DNA of 64,000 nucleotides from Candidatus Peregrinibacteria bacterium UBA1369 (GCA_002305925.1 DBRL01000013.1:54540-118539); one strand, 5' to 3'; shown: positions 10,285-19,567, numbered from the stretch's first letter. Numbers and translations are program-made. Notes: generated from the letters alone by a model not told the origin.

Positions 10285-10312
10285 TTAATCAACAATTAAT
10301 CTTTTAACAGTA

Positions 10313-10972
10313 ATGAAAAAAGGAAAAGCCCCAATCAGAGAAGCAAAGGAATTTGAAGAAGAGGTAATACAGATTGACCGGGTTACCAGAGTTGTAAAGG
10401 GTGGCCGCAGACTTCGCTTCCGTGCAACTGTCGTCATTGGCAACAAAAAAGGTAAAGTAGGGCTGGGCATCGGCAAGTCCACGGAGGTAACCGGCGCCAT
10501 TTCCAAAGCCATTGCCCAGGCCAAGAAAGAGCTGATTGTCGTACCAATGGCCGGACAAACCATCCCCCACCGCATCCAGGTTAAATTCAAAAGCGCCAAA
10601 GTCCTGCTGATGCCCGCCATCCCCGGTACCGGAATCAAGGCCGGCGGCAGCGTGCGCAAAGTAATCGAACTCTCCGGCATCAGGGACATCATGGGCAAAT
10701 GCATTGGCTCTCCCAACCGCCTCAACAACAGCCAGGCCGCCATTCTGGCCCTGACCAAACTAAAAAACATCCCTTGGCTGAAAAAGACCCCTGAACAGGT
10801 CGTCGAAAACGAACCGGTAGCAGCCGTCCGCAAACCCTTCAGGGGAAACGACAGAAGAAACGGACCCCGCAGACCGATGCAGGGCAATCGTAAACCACGC
10901 CCCGCCACAACTGAAACTGTCAAGAAATCCGAAACTCCGGCCCCTCAAAAAAACGCGGAAGATCAAAAATAA
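10313..10972 (+). CDS. rpsE: 30S ribosomal protein S5 (about 60-aa basic/Pro-rich C-terminal tail)
   Basis: 219 aa with IDRVTRVVKGGRRLRFRATVVIGNKKGKVGLGIGKS. Confidence 0.95.
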   Translation: MKKGKAPIREAKEFEEEVIQIDRVTRVVKGGRRLRFRATVVIGNKKGKVGLGIGKSTEVTGAISKAIAQAKKELIVVPMAGQTIPHRIQVKFKSAKVLLMPAIPGTGIKAGGSVRKVIELSGIRDIMGKCIGSPNRLNNSQAAILALTKLKNIPWLKKTPEQVVENEPVAAVRKPFRGNDRRNGPRRPMQGNRKPRPATTETVKKSETPAPQKNAEDQK

Positions 10973-11006
10973 TCACGACTCCACACTACTATAATCAACC
11001 ATCGAC

Positions 11007-11498
11007 ATGGACGCATTGCTTAATTTAAAAAGGAACAAAGGAGCCCGCCAAAGCAAAAAACGACTTGGACGGGGCAACGGTTCGGGACTGGGTACCTACT
11101 CGGGTCGGGGCGGCAACGGCCAAACGGCGCGCACCGGAGGCAACATCAAGCCCGGCTTCGCCGGTGGCCAGACTCCGCTCTATCGACAAATGCCCAAATA
11201 TCGCGGCTTCAACAACCCCAACCGCGTCACTTTCCAGGTAGTTAACGTCTCCGACCTCGACCGCTTTGAAGACGGCAGCGAAATCAACGCACAAACCCTG
11301 CTGGAAAAGAAACTGATTTCTTCACTCAACAAACCGGTCAAAATTCTCGGCAACGGAGAACTGTCCAAGAAACTGAACGTTACCGTGGAAAGAGTTTCCT
11401 CCAGCGCCCGCGAAAAAATCGAGAAAGCCAAGGGTTCGGTGACCGAATTGACCGCTCCAACCGCAGCACCTACAAACGATACCGAAAAAAGTGCCTAA
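11007..11498 (+). CDS. rplO: 50S ribosomal protein L15
   Basis: 163 aa with KRLGRGNGSGLGTYSGRGGNGQTARTGG. It starts only 34 nt after rpsE, which leaves no room for rpmD. Confidence 0.93.
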   Translation: MDALLNLKRNKGARQSKKRLGRGNGSGLGTYSGRGGNGQTARTGGNIKPGFAGGQTPLYRQMPKYRGFNNPNRVTFQVVNVSDLDRFEDGSEINAQTLLEKKLISSLNKPVKILGNGELSKKLNVTVERVSSSAREKIEKAKGSVTELTAPTAAPTNDTEKSA

Positions 11499-11527
11499 CC
11501 AGTTGATCAATTATTATTATTGCTCCA

Positions 11528-12826
11528 ATGTTTAAACAGCTAAAACAAATTTGGAATTCCCGGGACCTGCGCAATAAAATCCTGTTCACGCTTGGCATCA
11601 TCCTTATCGTCAGATTATTGGCACAGATTTCCATTCCCGGCTCCGATACCGCCGTCATCCGTGGTATTTTTCAACAAAACCAGCTTCTGGGGGCATTCAG
11701 CCTACTCACCGGCGGCAGCGCCGAAAACTTCTCCATTATTCTGATGGGACTTTCCCCCTATATCAACGCCTCAATTATCATCCAGCTGCTCACCGTCATA
11801 GTACCGAAGCTGGAAAGCCTCTCCAAGGAGGGTGAACAGGGCCGCCGCAAACTGAATCAATATACGCGCTGGCTGACTATTCCCATTGCCTTCGTCCAGT
11901 CCTACGGCATGATTGCCATTTTGAATTCCCAGGCCAACGCTCCCATTATCCCCAACATCGCCAGTCCGACCGTGATCATACCGATCATGATTACCATCAC
12001 TACCGGTACGGTTCTGATCATGTGGCTGGGTGAACTGATCACCGAACGCGGCATCGGCAATGGCATTTCACTGCTGATTTTTGCCGGTATCATGTCCGCC
12101 ATCCCAACCGCCATCGGCCAAAATCTCACACTGGCACAACAAAGCAACGAGTTTCTGATTCCCTTCGTGATTGAAATTCTCGCCACGGTAATTCTGACCA
12201 TCGTCGTCATTGTTATCGCCGAAGCCGAAAGAAGAATTCCCGTGCTCTATGCCAATCGCGGCGTGCGGGGCGGCGGTGAGAAGTCCAATCTGCCGATCAA
12301 AATCAATCAGGCCGGTATGATTCCGATCATTTTCGCCCTTTCCGTGGTAAGCATGCCCGGAATAATCGCCCAATTCATGCGCAACTCTACCAATGATACC
12401 ATCCGGCAAATTGCCGATTTCATGATTTCCAACTTCACCGTCAATTCGGCCATCTATCTGCTCACCTATTTCCTGCTGATCGTCGCCTTTACATTTTTCT
12501 ACGTCAGCATCACCTTCAATCCCCATCAGGTCGCCGAAAACATCCAGAAACGCGGCGGTTATGTGCCTGGAATCAGGCCGGGACGGCAAACGGAGCAGCA
12601 CCTGGGCGAGGTATCAAATCACCTCAATCTCTGGGGCGGCCTCTTTATTGCCATCATCGCCATTTCCCCGAATATCATCCAATCGATTACCGGAGCTTTT
12701 TCCATGGGTAGCGTGGCCTCAATCATCAGCGGAGCAGGAATGATCATCATCGTCAGCGTTGTGCTGGAGGTGATCAGGCAAATCAATGCCCAGCTGGTAA
12801 TGCACGACTACAACAAGCTTTACTAA
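11528..12826 (+). CDS. secY: Preprotein translocase subunit SecY
   Basis: 432 aa, multi-pass membrane protein with GLSPYINASIIIQLL and MWLGELITERGIGNGISLLIF. Canonical position after rplO. Confidence 0.97.
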   Translation: MFKQLKQIWNSRDLRNKILFTLGIILIVRLLAQISIPGSDTAVIRGIFQQNQLLGAFSLLTGGSAENFSIILMGLSPYINASIIIQLLTVIVPKLESLSKEGEQGRRKLNQYTRWLTIPIAFVQSYGMIAILNSQANAPIIPNIASPTVIIPIMITITTGTVLIMWLGELITERGIGNGISLLIFAGIMSAIPTAIGQNLTLAQQSNEFLIPFVIEILATVILTIVVIVIAEAERRIPVLYANRGVRGGGEKSNLPIKINQAGMIPIIFALSVVSMPGIIAQFMRNSTNDTIRQIADFMISNFTVNSAIYLLTYFLLIVAFTFFYVSITFNPHQVAENIQKRGGYVPGIRPGRQTEQHLGEVSNHLNLWGGLFIAIIAISPNIIQSITGAFSMGSVASIISGAGMIIIVSVVLEVIRQINAQLVMHDYNKLY

Positions 12827-12843
12827 AAAATCAAAAAAAGAGC

Positions 12844-13416
12844 ATGAACATTGTGCTTCTGGGGATACAGGGTTCCGGCAAAGGAACCCAGGCTGAAATC
12901 ATGGCCAAGCGTTATAATTTGGTGATATTCGAGATGGGACAGGTCTTTCGTCGCCTGGCGGAGGAAGACAGCAAACTCGGAAAGAAGATCAAAAGCATTG
13001 TCGAACACGGCAAATTGGTCCCCGCCAAAATCGTCGTACAGGTACTGAAGGACTTCCTCGACAAAACAGCTCCCGACCAGCCAATTATTTTTGACGGCGT
13101 ACCGCGCAATCAGGAGCAACAAAGAGCTTTCAACCTGTTGATGTCACGCCGTAAACGCCACTTTAGAGTCGTCAACATTGACATTCCTGAAGAGGAAACC
13201 ATCAAAAGACTGGTTAAACGCATGCGCCATGACGATACTCCCGAAATCATCAGACAACGAATCCGCATTTTTCAGAAAAACACCAAACCCGTCATCGAAA
13301 AATACCGCGCCAAAAAGCTGGTCACCAACATCAACGGCGATCAAAGCATCGAGGATGTCGCCGCCGAAATTCACCGCCATCTGGACAGTTATTTCCTAAA
13401 AAACCACCGCAATTAA
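12844..13416 (+). CDS. adk: Adenylate kinase (short form, no zinc lid)
   Basis: 190 aa. The P-loop is LLGIQGSGKGTQ, and FDGVPRN is present. It follows secY. Confidence 0.93.
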   Translation: MNIVLLGIQGSGKGTQAEIMAKRYNLVIFEMGQVFRRLAEEDSKLGKKIKSIVEHGKLVPAKIVVQVLKDFLDKTAPDQPIIFDGVPRNQEQQRAFNLLMSRRKRHFRVVNIDIPEEETIKRLVKRMRHDDTPEIIRQRIRIFQKNTKPVIEKYRAKKLVTNINGDQSIEDVAAEIHRHLDSYFLKNHRN

Positions 13417-13465
13417 ATACTGGCAGGAGGGTGAATACCGCATCACCCTGAAAAATTCGCAGGAA

Positions 13466-14191
13466 ATGGAATTAATGCGTCAATCCGGACAACTTCTGGG
13501 ACTGACGCTTGCCGAAGTGGAAAAAGCAATACAACCGGGACGCAGCACTGCGGAAATCAACGCTCTGGCCGAAAAAATCATCCTCGAACACGGTGGCATT
13601 CCGGCCTTCAAGGGATATTTGGGTTTTCCGGCCGCAACCTGCATCACCATCAATGAAGAAGTTGTGCACGGCATACCCGGGGAAAGAATCATTGCCGAGG
13701 GGGATCTGGTCACAGTCGACTGTGGTGTCAGTCTCAACGGAATGATCACCGATTCAGCTATTACTGTCGGCGCCGGCAAATTGAGCGCTGAAAATCAAAA
13801 ATTACTGTGTACAGCCGAAAAAGCTCTATTGAAAGCGGTCGAAATTGCCCGACCGGGCATTAGAACAAGCGAAATCAGCAAAATTATCGAAAAAACTGTT
13901 CGCAAAGAAGGATTTGGTATCGTTGAAGATCTGACCGGGCACGGCGTTGGCTTCGAACTGCACGAGGATCCCTATATTTTCAATTTCTTCAACGGCAAAC
14001 CGGGGCCGCTCCTGCAAATCGGTATGACCCTGGCCATAGAGCCTATTATTACGGCGGGAAGCCCCAAAACAAAAACCCTGGCCGACAAGTGGACCATCGT
14101 CACCAAAGACGGCCGCGCCGCGGTACAGGTAGAACATACTATTGCGATTACAAAAAAAGGTTGTGAAATATTAACAAAACGGCCAAAATAA
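13466..14191 (+). CDS. map: Methionine aminopeptidase type I (first ATG; the true start may be a non-canonical codon 24 nt upstream, see findings)
   Basis: 241 aa from the first ATG, with INEEVVHGIPG, VTVDCGV, TGHGVGFELHEDP and LAIEPI metal-ligand motifs. Confidence 0.93.
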   Translation: MELMRQSGQLLGLTLAEVEKAIQPGRSTAEINALAEKIILEHGGIPAFKGYLGFPAATCITINEEVVHGIPGERIIAEGDLVTVDCGVSLNGMITDSAITVGAGKLSAENQKLLCTAEKALLKAVEIARPGIRTSEISKIIEKTVRKEGFGIVEDLTGHGVGFELHEDPYIFNFFNGKPGPLLQIGMTLAIEPIITAGSPKTKTLADKWTIVTKDGRAAVQVEHTIAITKKGCEILTKRPK

Positions 14192-14208
14192 AAAACAAAA
14201 AAATATGC

Positions 14209-14237
14209 TTGCAATCTAAAATTTCGTCAGGTAAAAT
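14209..14237 (+). promoter_or_regulatory. Putative promoter upstream of infA (TTGCAA-N17-TAAAAT)
   Basis: TTGCAA at 14209-14214, a 17-nt spacer and TAAAAT at 14232-14237. A 7-bp hairpin (TTCCAAC...GTTGGAA, 14238-14260) follows. Motif match only. Confidence 0.4.
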
Positions 14238-14299
14238 TCCAACGCTTTTTAGGTTGGAAAATAGGCTTTTTACCGTTAAAATAAACGCAAATTCCCCAT

Positions 14300-14665
14300 A
14301 TGGCAAAAGAAGAAATTGAGGCGTCCGGAATAGTGGTGGAAGCCTTTCCCAACGCGACTTTCAAGGTCAAGCTGCTGGACGAGAGCTTTGCCGGACACGA
14401 AATTTTGGCTCACGTATCAGGCAGAATGCGCATCAATTTTATCAGAATTTTGCCGGGCGACCGTGTCACGGTTGTGATGACGCCATATGACCTTACCAAA
14501 GGAAGAATCACCTTCAGGCACAAGAAATCCGATCTGGACAAAAATCCGGCCGAAACTCAGACGCAGACACCGGCCGCTACCCCCACCGAAACTGTGAACG
14601 AAGCGCCTTCCGAGGAACAACCCGCCCCCCTTTCGCCGGAAGAAAACGGCACACCAGAAAATTAG
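14300..14665 (+). CDS. infA: Translation initiation factor IF-1 with a roughly 50-aa Pro/Thr/Glu-rich C-terminal extension
   Basis: The S1-like core is [18 protein letters not shown]...[36 protein letters not shown], followed by [47 protein letters not shown]. Confidence 0.9.
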   Translation: MAKEEIEASGIVVEAFPNATFKVKLLDESFAGHEILAHVSGRMRINFIRILPGDRVTVVMTPYDLTKGRITFRHKKSDLDKNPAETQTQTPAATPTETVNEAPSEEQPAPLSPEENGTPEN

Positions 14666-14701
14666 TTTCCCCAATCAAAAATTTTTCATTCACCTTTAGT
14701 C

Positions 14702-14815
14702 ATGAAAGTAAGATCATCTGTCAAACCCATCTGCGCCAAATGCAAAGTAATAAAGCGCAAAAACATCATCCGTGTCATTTGCAGTACCAAAAAACACAAG
14801 CAGAGACAGGGCTAA
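14702..14815 (+). CDS. rpmJ: 50S ribosomal protein L36 (below the ORF-track length cut-off)
   Basis: Hand translation gives [37 protein letters not shown]. It has the canonical L36 length, Cys pattern and position between infA and rpsM. Confidence 0.9.
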   Translation: MKVRSSVKPICAKCKVIKRKNIIRVICSTKKHKQRQG

Positions 14816-14848
14816 AACTTTATCTTCATAACCATTAAATAAGCAAAC

Positions 14849-15223
14849 ATGGCCAGAATTGCCGGAATCAACCTGCCCAAGGAAAAACGTATCGCTATCG
14901 GCTTAACAGCCATTTACGGCATCGGACGTGCCTTGGCCAAAAGAATCCTCAAAGAGACCCGTATCAAGGAAGACGTCAAGGTGCAGGATCTCTCCGCCGA
15001 AGAGGAAAACCGTCTGCGCGACAAAATCGCCGAAATGGTCACCGAGGGTGATCTGCGACGCAAAATCCAGTTGGACATCAAATATCAACAGGATATCGGC
15101 ACCTACCGGGGAATCCGTCACAAAAAAGGCCTGCCCGTGCGTGGCCAGTTGACCAAGACCAACTCCAGAACCAGAAAAGGCAAAAAGAAGACGGTCGCCA
15201 ACAAGAAGATCGCCACCAAATAA
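14849..15223 (+). CDS. rpsM: 30S ribosomal protein S13
   Basis: 124 aa with [25 protein letters not shown]...[19 protein letters not shown]. Confidence 0.97.
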   Translation: MARIAGINLPKEKRIAIGLTAIYGIGRALAKRILKETRIKEDVKVQDLSAEEENRLRDKIAEMVTEGDLRRKIQLDIKYQQDIGTYRGIRHKKGLPVRGQLTKTNSRTRKGKKKTVANKKIATK

Positions 15224-15258
15224 TTTTCCATTAATAATTAATTTTCTTTTCATCTATT

Positions 15259-15777
15259 ATGGCCGAACAAGAGAAAACCCTTGCCGACAAAACGGCTGAA
15301 AAAAGCACTTCCGAAAAAGTTGCCACCCGGGAAAAGACCCCCCAGGGCAAACCCGGAGAAAATGCAGCGGGCGAAAGCCCCGTCGGCGAAGAAGTGAAAC
15401 CTAAAATCAAAAAAAGCAAATCGAAGAGGACTGTCACTGAGGGACGCGCCTATATTCAGTCCAGTTTCAACAACACCATTGTTACCATCACCGACCTGAA
15501 CGGCAACGTTATTGCCTGGAGCACGGCTGGCTCCAACGGCTTTAAGGGGGCCAAAAAAGCTACTCCATACGCGGCGCAGATCTCGGCCGAGGCAGCTATC
15601 AACAAGGCACTGCTTTACGGCGTAGAAAAACTGCACGTTTTCGTCAAGGGCCTCGGTGCAGGCAGGGAACAAGCCATTAGAGGCCTTCACTCCAGTGGCA
15701 TCAGCATCGAGTCGATTACCGACCAGACCCCGGTTCCGCACAATGGTTGCCGCCCCAGAAAGGCTCGCCGAGTATAA
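15259..15777 (+). CDS. rpsK: 30S ribosomal protein S11 (about 45-aa acidic/Lys-rich N-terminal extension)
   Basis: 172 aa. The core is [30 protein letters not shown]...[16 protein letters not shown]. Confidence 0.95.
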   Translation: MAEQEKTLADKTAEKSTSEKVATREKTPQGKPGENAAGESPVGEEVKPKIKKSKSKRTVTEGRAYIQSSFNNTIVTITDLNGNVIAWSTAGSNGFKGAKKATPYAAQISAEAAINKALLYGVEKLHVFVKGLGAGREQAIRGLHSSGISIESITDQTPVPHNGCRPRKARRV

Positions 15778-15796
15778 TTTAATTTTTCCCTTCGTC

Positions 15797-16417
15797 ATGT
15801 CCAACACTACAGGACCCAAATCACGCCTCTTCCGCCGCTTTGGCATCAGACTACCCAGCAACAACGAACTCAAGCAGACGCATCCCACCTTGAAAAAGGC
15901 CTATCCACCGGGAACGCACGGCCCCAAGGGCAGCTACGGCAAGAAATCGGAATACGCCCGCCAGCTGATGGAGAAACAAAAGGCCAAAGTCATCTTCAAC
16001 GTCAACGAGAAACAGATGCGCCGCTATTTTGACACCGCTTCCAAGAAAGAGGGCATCACCGGCGATGAAATGCTCAGACTTTTGGAACAAAGGCTGGACA
16101 ATATCATCTTCCGCTCCGGTCTGGCCACCACCCGCTATCAGGCCCGGCAAATGGTCAATCACGGCCTGATTGAACTGAACGGCAAAGTTGCCAGCATCCC
16201 ATCGATCCAGGTCAACCCGGGCGACAAATTCAACGCCGTCGCCAAGAAAAAAGACTCCCCGCTTTTCAAGCAAAACGCCGAAAGAGGTACCAAAGCCCCC
16301 AAATGGCTGAGCGTAGATTTGAAAAACCTCAGTGGAACTATGGAAAGACTTCCCGACAAAGGAGAGCTGGAGCCTCTGGTCTCTACCCATCTCATTGTTG
16401 AGTTCTACTCAAAATAA
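15797..16417 (+). CDS. rpsD: 30S ribosomal protein S4
   Basis: The internal ATG at 15797 gives MSNTTGPKSRLFRRFG.., 206 aa. The S4 domain segment is LEQRLDNIIFRSGLATTRYQARQMVNHGLIELNGK. The track start at 15656 would overlap rpsK by 122 nt. Confidence 0.93.
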   Translation: MSNTTGPKSRLFRRFGIRLPSNNELKQTHPTLKKAYPPGTHGPKGSYGKKSEYARQLMEKQKAKVIFNVNEKQMRRYFDTASKKEGITGDEMLRLLEQRLDNIIFRSGLATTRYQARQMVNHGLIELNGKVASIPSIQVNPGDKFNAVAKKKDSPLFKQNAERGTKAPKWLSVDLKNLSGTMERLPDKGELEPLVSTHLIVEFYSK

Positions 16418-16440
16418 AATAATTTATTAATCCTCTTCTA

Positions 16441-17415
16441 ATGCATCAAATTCAAGAAGAAATTGGGATTCCCAAAATCAAGGTGGAAAAAATCAGTGAT
16501 GCGCATGCCATTTTCACCGTCAGCCCGCTGCCACAGGGCTATGGGATCACCATAGGCAACGCCTTCAGAAGAGTCCTGTTGTCTTCCCTGCCGGGCGCCT
16601 GTATCACCGGCATCAAAATTGATGGGGTAACTCATGAATATTCGACAATCAAAGGGGTCAAAGACAGCGTTTTGGACATTACCCTCAACCTGAAACTGGT
16701 CAGACTGAAAAAAATCAGTGCCGAACCGACTACCATGACATTGACGGCCAACAAGGAAGGGGAAATCCGGGCCAAGGATATCAAAGCCCCCTCCGACATC
16801 GAAATTCTCACGCCTGATCAGTACATCACCACGCTGGAAAAAGGCGCCAAACTCAATATTGAGATCAAGGTGGAAAAAGGCGTCGGCTATATTCCGGTCG
16901 CCGTCAAACAAAAAAGCGACACCGATCCGGAAATTATTTTGATGGATTCGATTTTCTCTCCCGTCAAAAAAGTACGCTACGATGTTGAAGCCGTCCGCGT
17001 CGGTCAGATGACCAATCTCGACAAGCTGGTTTTGGAAATTGAAACCGATGGAGCGATTACTCCCGACGACGCCCTGCGCTTCAGCTCAAATATTCTGCAG
17101 TCCTACTTCAACCTTTTCAACAAGGAAAACATCATGGTTGAAGCGGAATACATGAGTGATTTCCAGAAAATTTCACAGAAGCAGGAGTTGGAGGAGAAAA
17201 ACAAGCCTGTACAGGAGGCCTATACACCGATTGAAATACTGGGTTTTTCACCCCGCACACTCAACGCCCTCATCAACGGAGGCATCGGCTCGATTGAACA
17301 GCTCTCCAAATGTACGGAGAGCAAGCTGACCAATCTGCGCGGTTTTGGCCGCAAGGCGCTCACCGAAGTCAAGGACGCCCTGAAAAGCCGCGACCTCACC
17401 CTGGCTGAAGAATAA
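16441..17415 (+). CDS. rpoA: DNA-directed RNA polymerase subunit alpha
   Basis: 324 aa. The N-terminal domain has GYGITIGNAFRRVLLSSLPG, and the C-terminal domain has an HhH-like ILGFSPRTLNALINGGIGSIEQL. Confidence 0.96.
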   Translation: MHQIQEEIGIPKIKVEKISDAHAIFTVSPLPQGYGITIGNAFRRVLLSSLPGACITGIKIDGVTHEYSTIKGVKDSVLDITLNLKLVRLKKISAEPTTMTLTANKEGEIRAKDIKAPSDIEILTPDQYITTLEKGAKLNIEIKVEKGVGYIPVAVKQKSDTDPEIILMDSIFSPVKKVRYDVEAVRVGQMTNLDKLVLEIETDGAITPDDALRFSSNILQSYFNLFNKENIMVEAEYMSDFQKISQKQELEEKNKPVQEAYTPIEILGFSPRTLNALINGGIGSIEQLSKCTESKLTNLRGFGRKALTEVKDALKSRDLTLAEE

Positions 17416-17456
17416 GGCGGAACAAAGATTATATAGAATACTAACTTTTCCACATC

Positions 17457-17810
17457 ATGAGACATCAGGTAAAGAAACATCGACTGGCCCGCCCCGTCGG
17501 CCCCCGCAAACTGCTGATCGGCAACCTCGCCACATCGCTGGTACTGCACGGCAAGATCAAAACCACCAAGGCCAGGGCAAAGGCCCTGCAGCCGGTGATC
17601 GAGAAACTGATCATCTGCGCCAAACGCAAGGAGCGCAAAGACGCCATCCGCGAAGTGGACAAAGTCCTGCAGAATGAGCTCAGCTCAAAAATACTTTTTG
17701 AGGAACTGGTCAAAAAATATCAGAACCGCGAAACCGGTTTCACACGGATAACCGACATTGGCTTTCGCAGTGGTGACGCCGCTCCCCAGGCCCAAATTGA
17801 ACTATTATAA
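17457..17810 (+). CDS. rplQ: 50S ribosomal protein L17
   Basis: 117 aa with MRHQVKKHRLARPVGPRKLLIGNLATSLVLHGKIKTT.ARAKAL. Confidence 0.95.
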   Translation: MRHQVKKHRLARPVGPRKLLIGNLATSLVLHGKIKTTKARAKALQPVIEKLIICAKRKERKDAIREVDKVLQNELSSKILFEELVKKYQNRETGFTRITDIGFRSGDAAPQAQIELL

Positions 17811-17830
17811 ATTCTCATCTATCCACAGCA

Positions 17831-18289
17831 ATGAAAAAAGCAGAGCAACTGAAAGCCACCTTCAAAACCTTCTCCCCAAAACAGGGGGAACTGAACAACG
17901 AATGGTTACTGGTGGACGTAAAAGACAAAGTCTTAGGCAGAGTGGCCAACAAAATAGCCGACCTGCTCCGGGGTAAGGGCAAAACCACTTTTTCCGGACA
18001 CCTCAATGTCGGTGATTACGTCGTGGTGATCAACGCCGCTTCCATCAAACTGACCGGAAAAAAAGACCAGCAAAAGGAATACCATCGTCATTCCCGCTAT
18101 CCCGGAGGACTAAAAACCGTAACGGCCGGCAAATTGCTGGAGAAAAAACCGGAAAAGGTCCTCGAACACGCCGTGGCCGGGATGCTGCCAAACAACAAAA
18201 ACAAGAAAGTTCTGATGGGACGTCTGCGTATTTTTGCCGGAGCCGAACACGGCCACAGTGCGCAAAATCCCAAGCCAATCCAACTATAA
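17831..18289 (+). CDS. rplM: 50S ribosomal protein L13
   Basis: 152 aa with WLLVDVKDKVLGRVANKIADLLRGK...GDYVVVINA...YHRHSRYPGGLK. Confidence 0.96.
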   Translation: MKKAEQLKATFKTFSPKQGELNNEWLLVDVKDKVLGRVANKIADLLRGKGKTTFSGHLNVGDYVVVINAASIKLTGKKDQQKEYHRHSRYPGGLKTVTAGKLLEKKPEKVLEHAVAGMLPNNKNKKVLMGRLRIFAGAEHGHSAQNPKPIQL

Positions 18290-18312
18290 TTTCCATAATC
18301 ATTCAATAGACC

Positions 18313-18762
18313 ATGCCTGCAAAAGCCTCCACTACGACCACTCCCAAAACAACTCGCAAAACCGCGGCCGTCCAGCAATATTATTACGGAACGGGCAAAC
18401 GAAAGACTGCCGTCGCCCGCGTACGGCTTTACAAAAACGGCAAGGGCGATTTAACCGTCAACAATCAGGAAGGCGGCAGTTTTTTTAAACTTAAAAAACT
18501 CCTGGCCACCATCAACTCCCCGCTGAAACTGACCTCGCTCACCAAAAAATTCGACATTTCCGTGATGGTCAGCGGGGGTGGCATCGTAGCCCAGGCAGAG
18601 GCCATTCGCCACGGCATTGCCAGAGCACTGCTAAAATACGACGACGCCCTGCGCATAACTCTTAAAAAAGCGGGCCTGCTGACCCGAGACCCCCGCGTCA
18701 AGGAAAGAAAAAAACCCGGTCTCAAAAGAGCCCGTCGCGCCCCGCAATTCAGCAAACGCTAA
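18313..18762 (+). CDS. rpsI: 30S ribosomal protein S9
   Basis: 149 aa with [16 protein letters not shown]...[19 protein letters not shown]...[26 protein letters not shown]. Confidence 0.95.
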   Translation: MPAKASTTTTPKTTRKTAAVQQYYYGTGKRKTAVARVRLYKNGKGDLTVNNQEGGSFFKLKKLLATINSPLKLTSLTKKFDISVMVSGGGIVAQAEAIRHGIARALLKYDDALRITLKKAGLLTRDPRVKERKKPGLKRARRAPQFSKR

Positions 18763-18795
18763 ATATCTGCGGCAACTTCAGCAGCTTCCCTTAAA

Positions 18796-18825
18796 GGCCC
18801 GCCTCCGGCGGGCCTTTTTTCTTTC
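18796..18825 (+). terminator. Rho-independent terminator closing the ribosomal super-operon
   Basis: A perfect 8-bp GC stem (GGCCCGCC, loop TCC, GGCGGGCC at 18796-18814) is followed by TTTTTTCTTTC. Confidence 0.75.
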
Positions 18826-18850
18826 AAGTAAAGCACAATTAATGTATAAA
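18822..18850 (+). promoter_or_regulatory. Putative promoter for trmD (TTTCAA-N17-TATAAA)
   Basis: Motif match read from the sequence. The -10 element overlaps the ATG at 18842, which favours the 18878 start for trmD. Confidence 0.3.
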
Positions 18851-18877
18851 TATTGGGAACTTCCAGCACTTTTTTCC

Positions 18878-19567
18878 ATGAAACCAATACGTTTTGATAT
18901 TGTCACCATCTTTCCAGACATTTTCAGCTCCTATTTCCAAGAAGGCATGATCAGAAAAGGACTGGAACAGAAAATTATTGAAATACACGTGCACAATCTG
19001 CGCGACTACACCAAAGACAAATGGGGAAAAGTCGACGACATACCCTACGGCGGTGGGGCAGGCATGGTTCTAACCCCTCAACCGCTCTACGATGCCATCA
19101 AAGCCCTACGCAAAGTCAACGCCGGTCCTGTAATTTACCTCAGTCCCAAAGGAGACATACTCACCCACACCAGAGCCCGCCGGCTCTCAATGGAACTGGA
19201 AAAACTTAAGCCTGGTCGCGGCAAGACGCGTGGAATAATCCTTGTCTGCGGCCGCTATGAGGGCATTGACCAGCGGGTCATCGACCTCTGCATCGACCGG
19301 GAAATATCGATCGGCAAATACATTCTCACCGGAGGAGAACTGGCAGCCATGGTACTGATCGACAGTATCTCCAGATTTTTCCCCGGATTACTGGGAGACC
19401 AAAGATCGCACCGGGAAGAGAGTTTTTCGCGAACTTTGGGAGGGAGGAAAGAATACCCCCACTATACCAAACCAAGAATCTTCCAAAAAAAAGCCGTACC
19501 GGAAATTCTGCTGAGCGGCCATCACGGTAAAATTGCCCAATGGCGAAAGTTACACACCAAAAAATAA
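18878..19567 (+). CDS. trmD: tRNA (guanine37-N1)-methyltransferase
   Basis: MKPIRFDIVTIFPDIF is the typical TrmD N-terminus. YGGGAGMVL, GRYEGIDQRV and ILTGGELAAMVLIDS are also present. An alternative upstream ATG lies at 18842. Confidence 0.9.
   Translation: MKPIRFDIVTIFPDIFSSYFQEGMIRKGLEQKIIEIHVHNLRDYTKDKWGKVDDIPYGGGAGMVLTPQPLYDAIKALRKVNAGPVIYLSPKGDILTHTRARRLSMELEKLKPGRGKTRGIILVCGRYEGIDQRVIDLCIDREISIGKYILTGGELAAMVLIDSISRFFPGLLGDQRSHREESFSRTLGGRKEYPHYTKPRIFQKKAVPEILLSGHHGKIAQWRKLHTKK

Noticed and set aside
15656-15796. The track start for rpsD at 15656 (253 aa), and likewise 36944 for DUF2207, 19533 for the ATPase, 22304 for DUF167 and 61855 for pyrD.
   Set aside because: Each extended N-terminus overlaps the preceding conserved gene in another frame and encodes non-homologous sequence. 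Internal ATGs give canonical N-termini and remove the overlaps.
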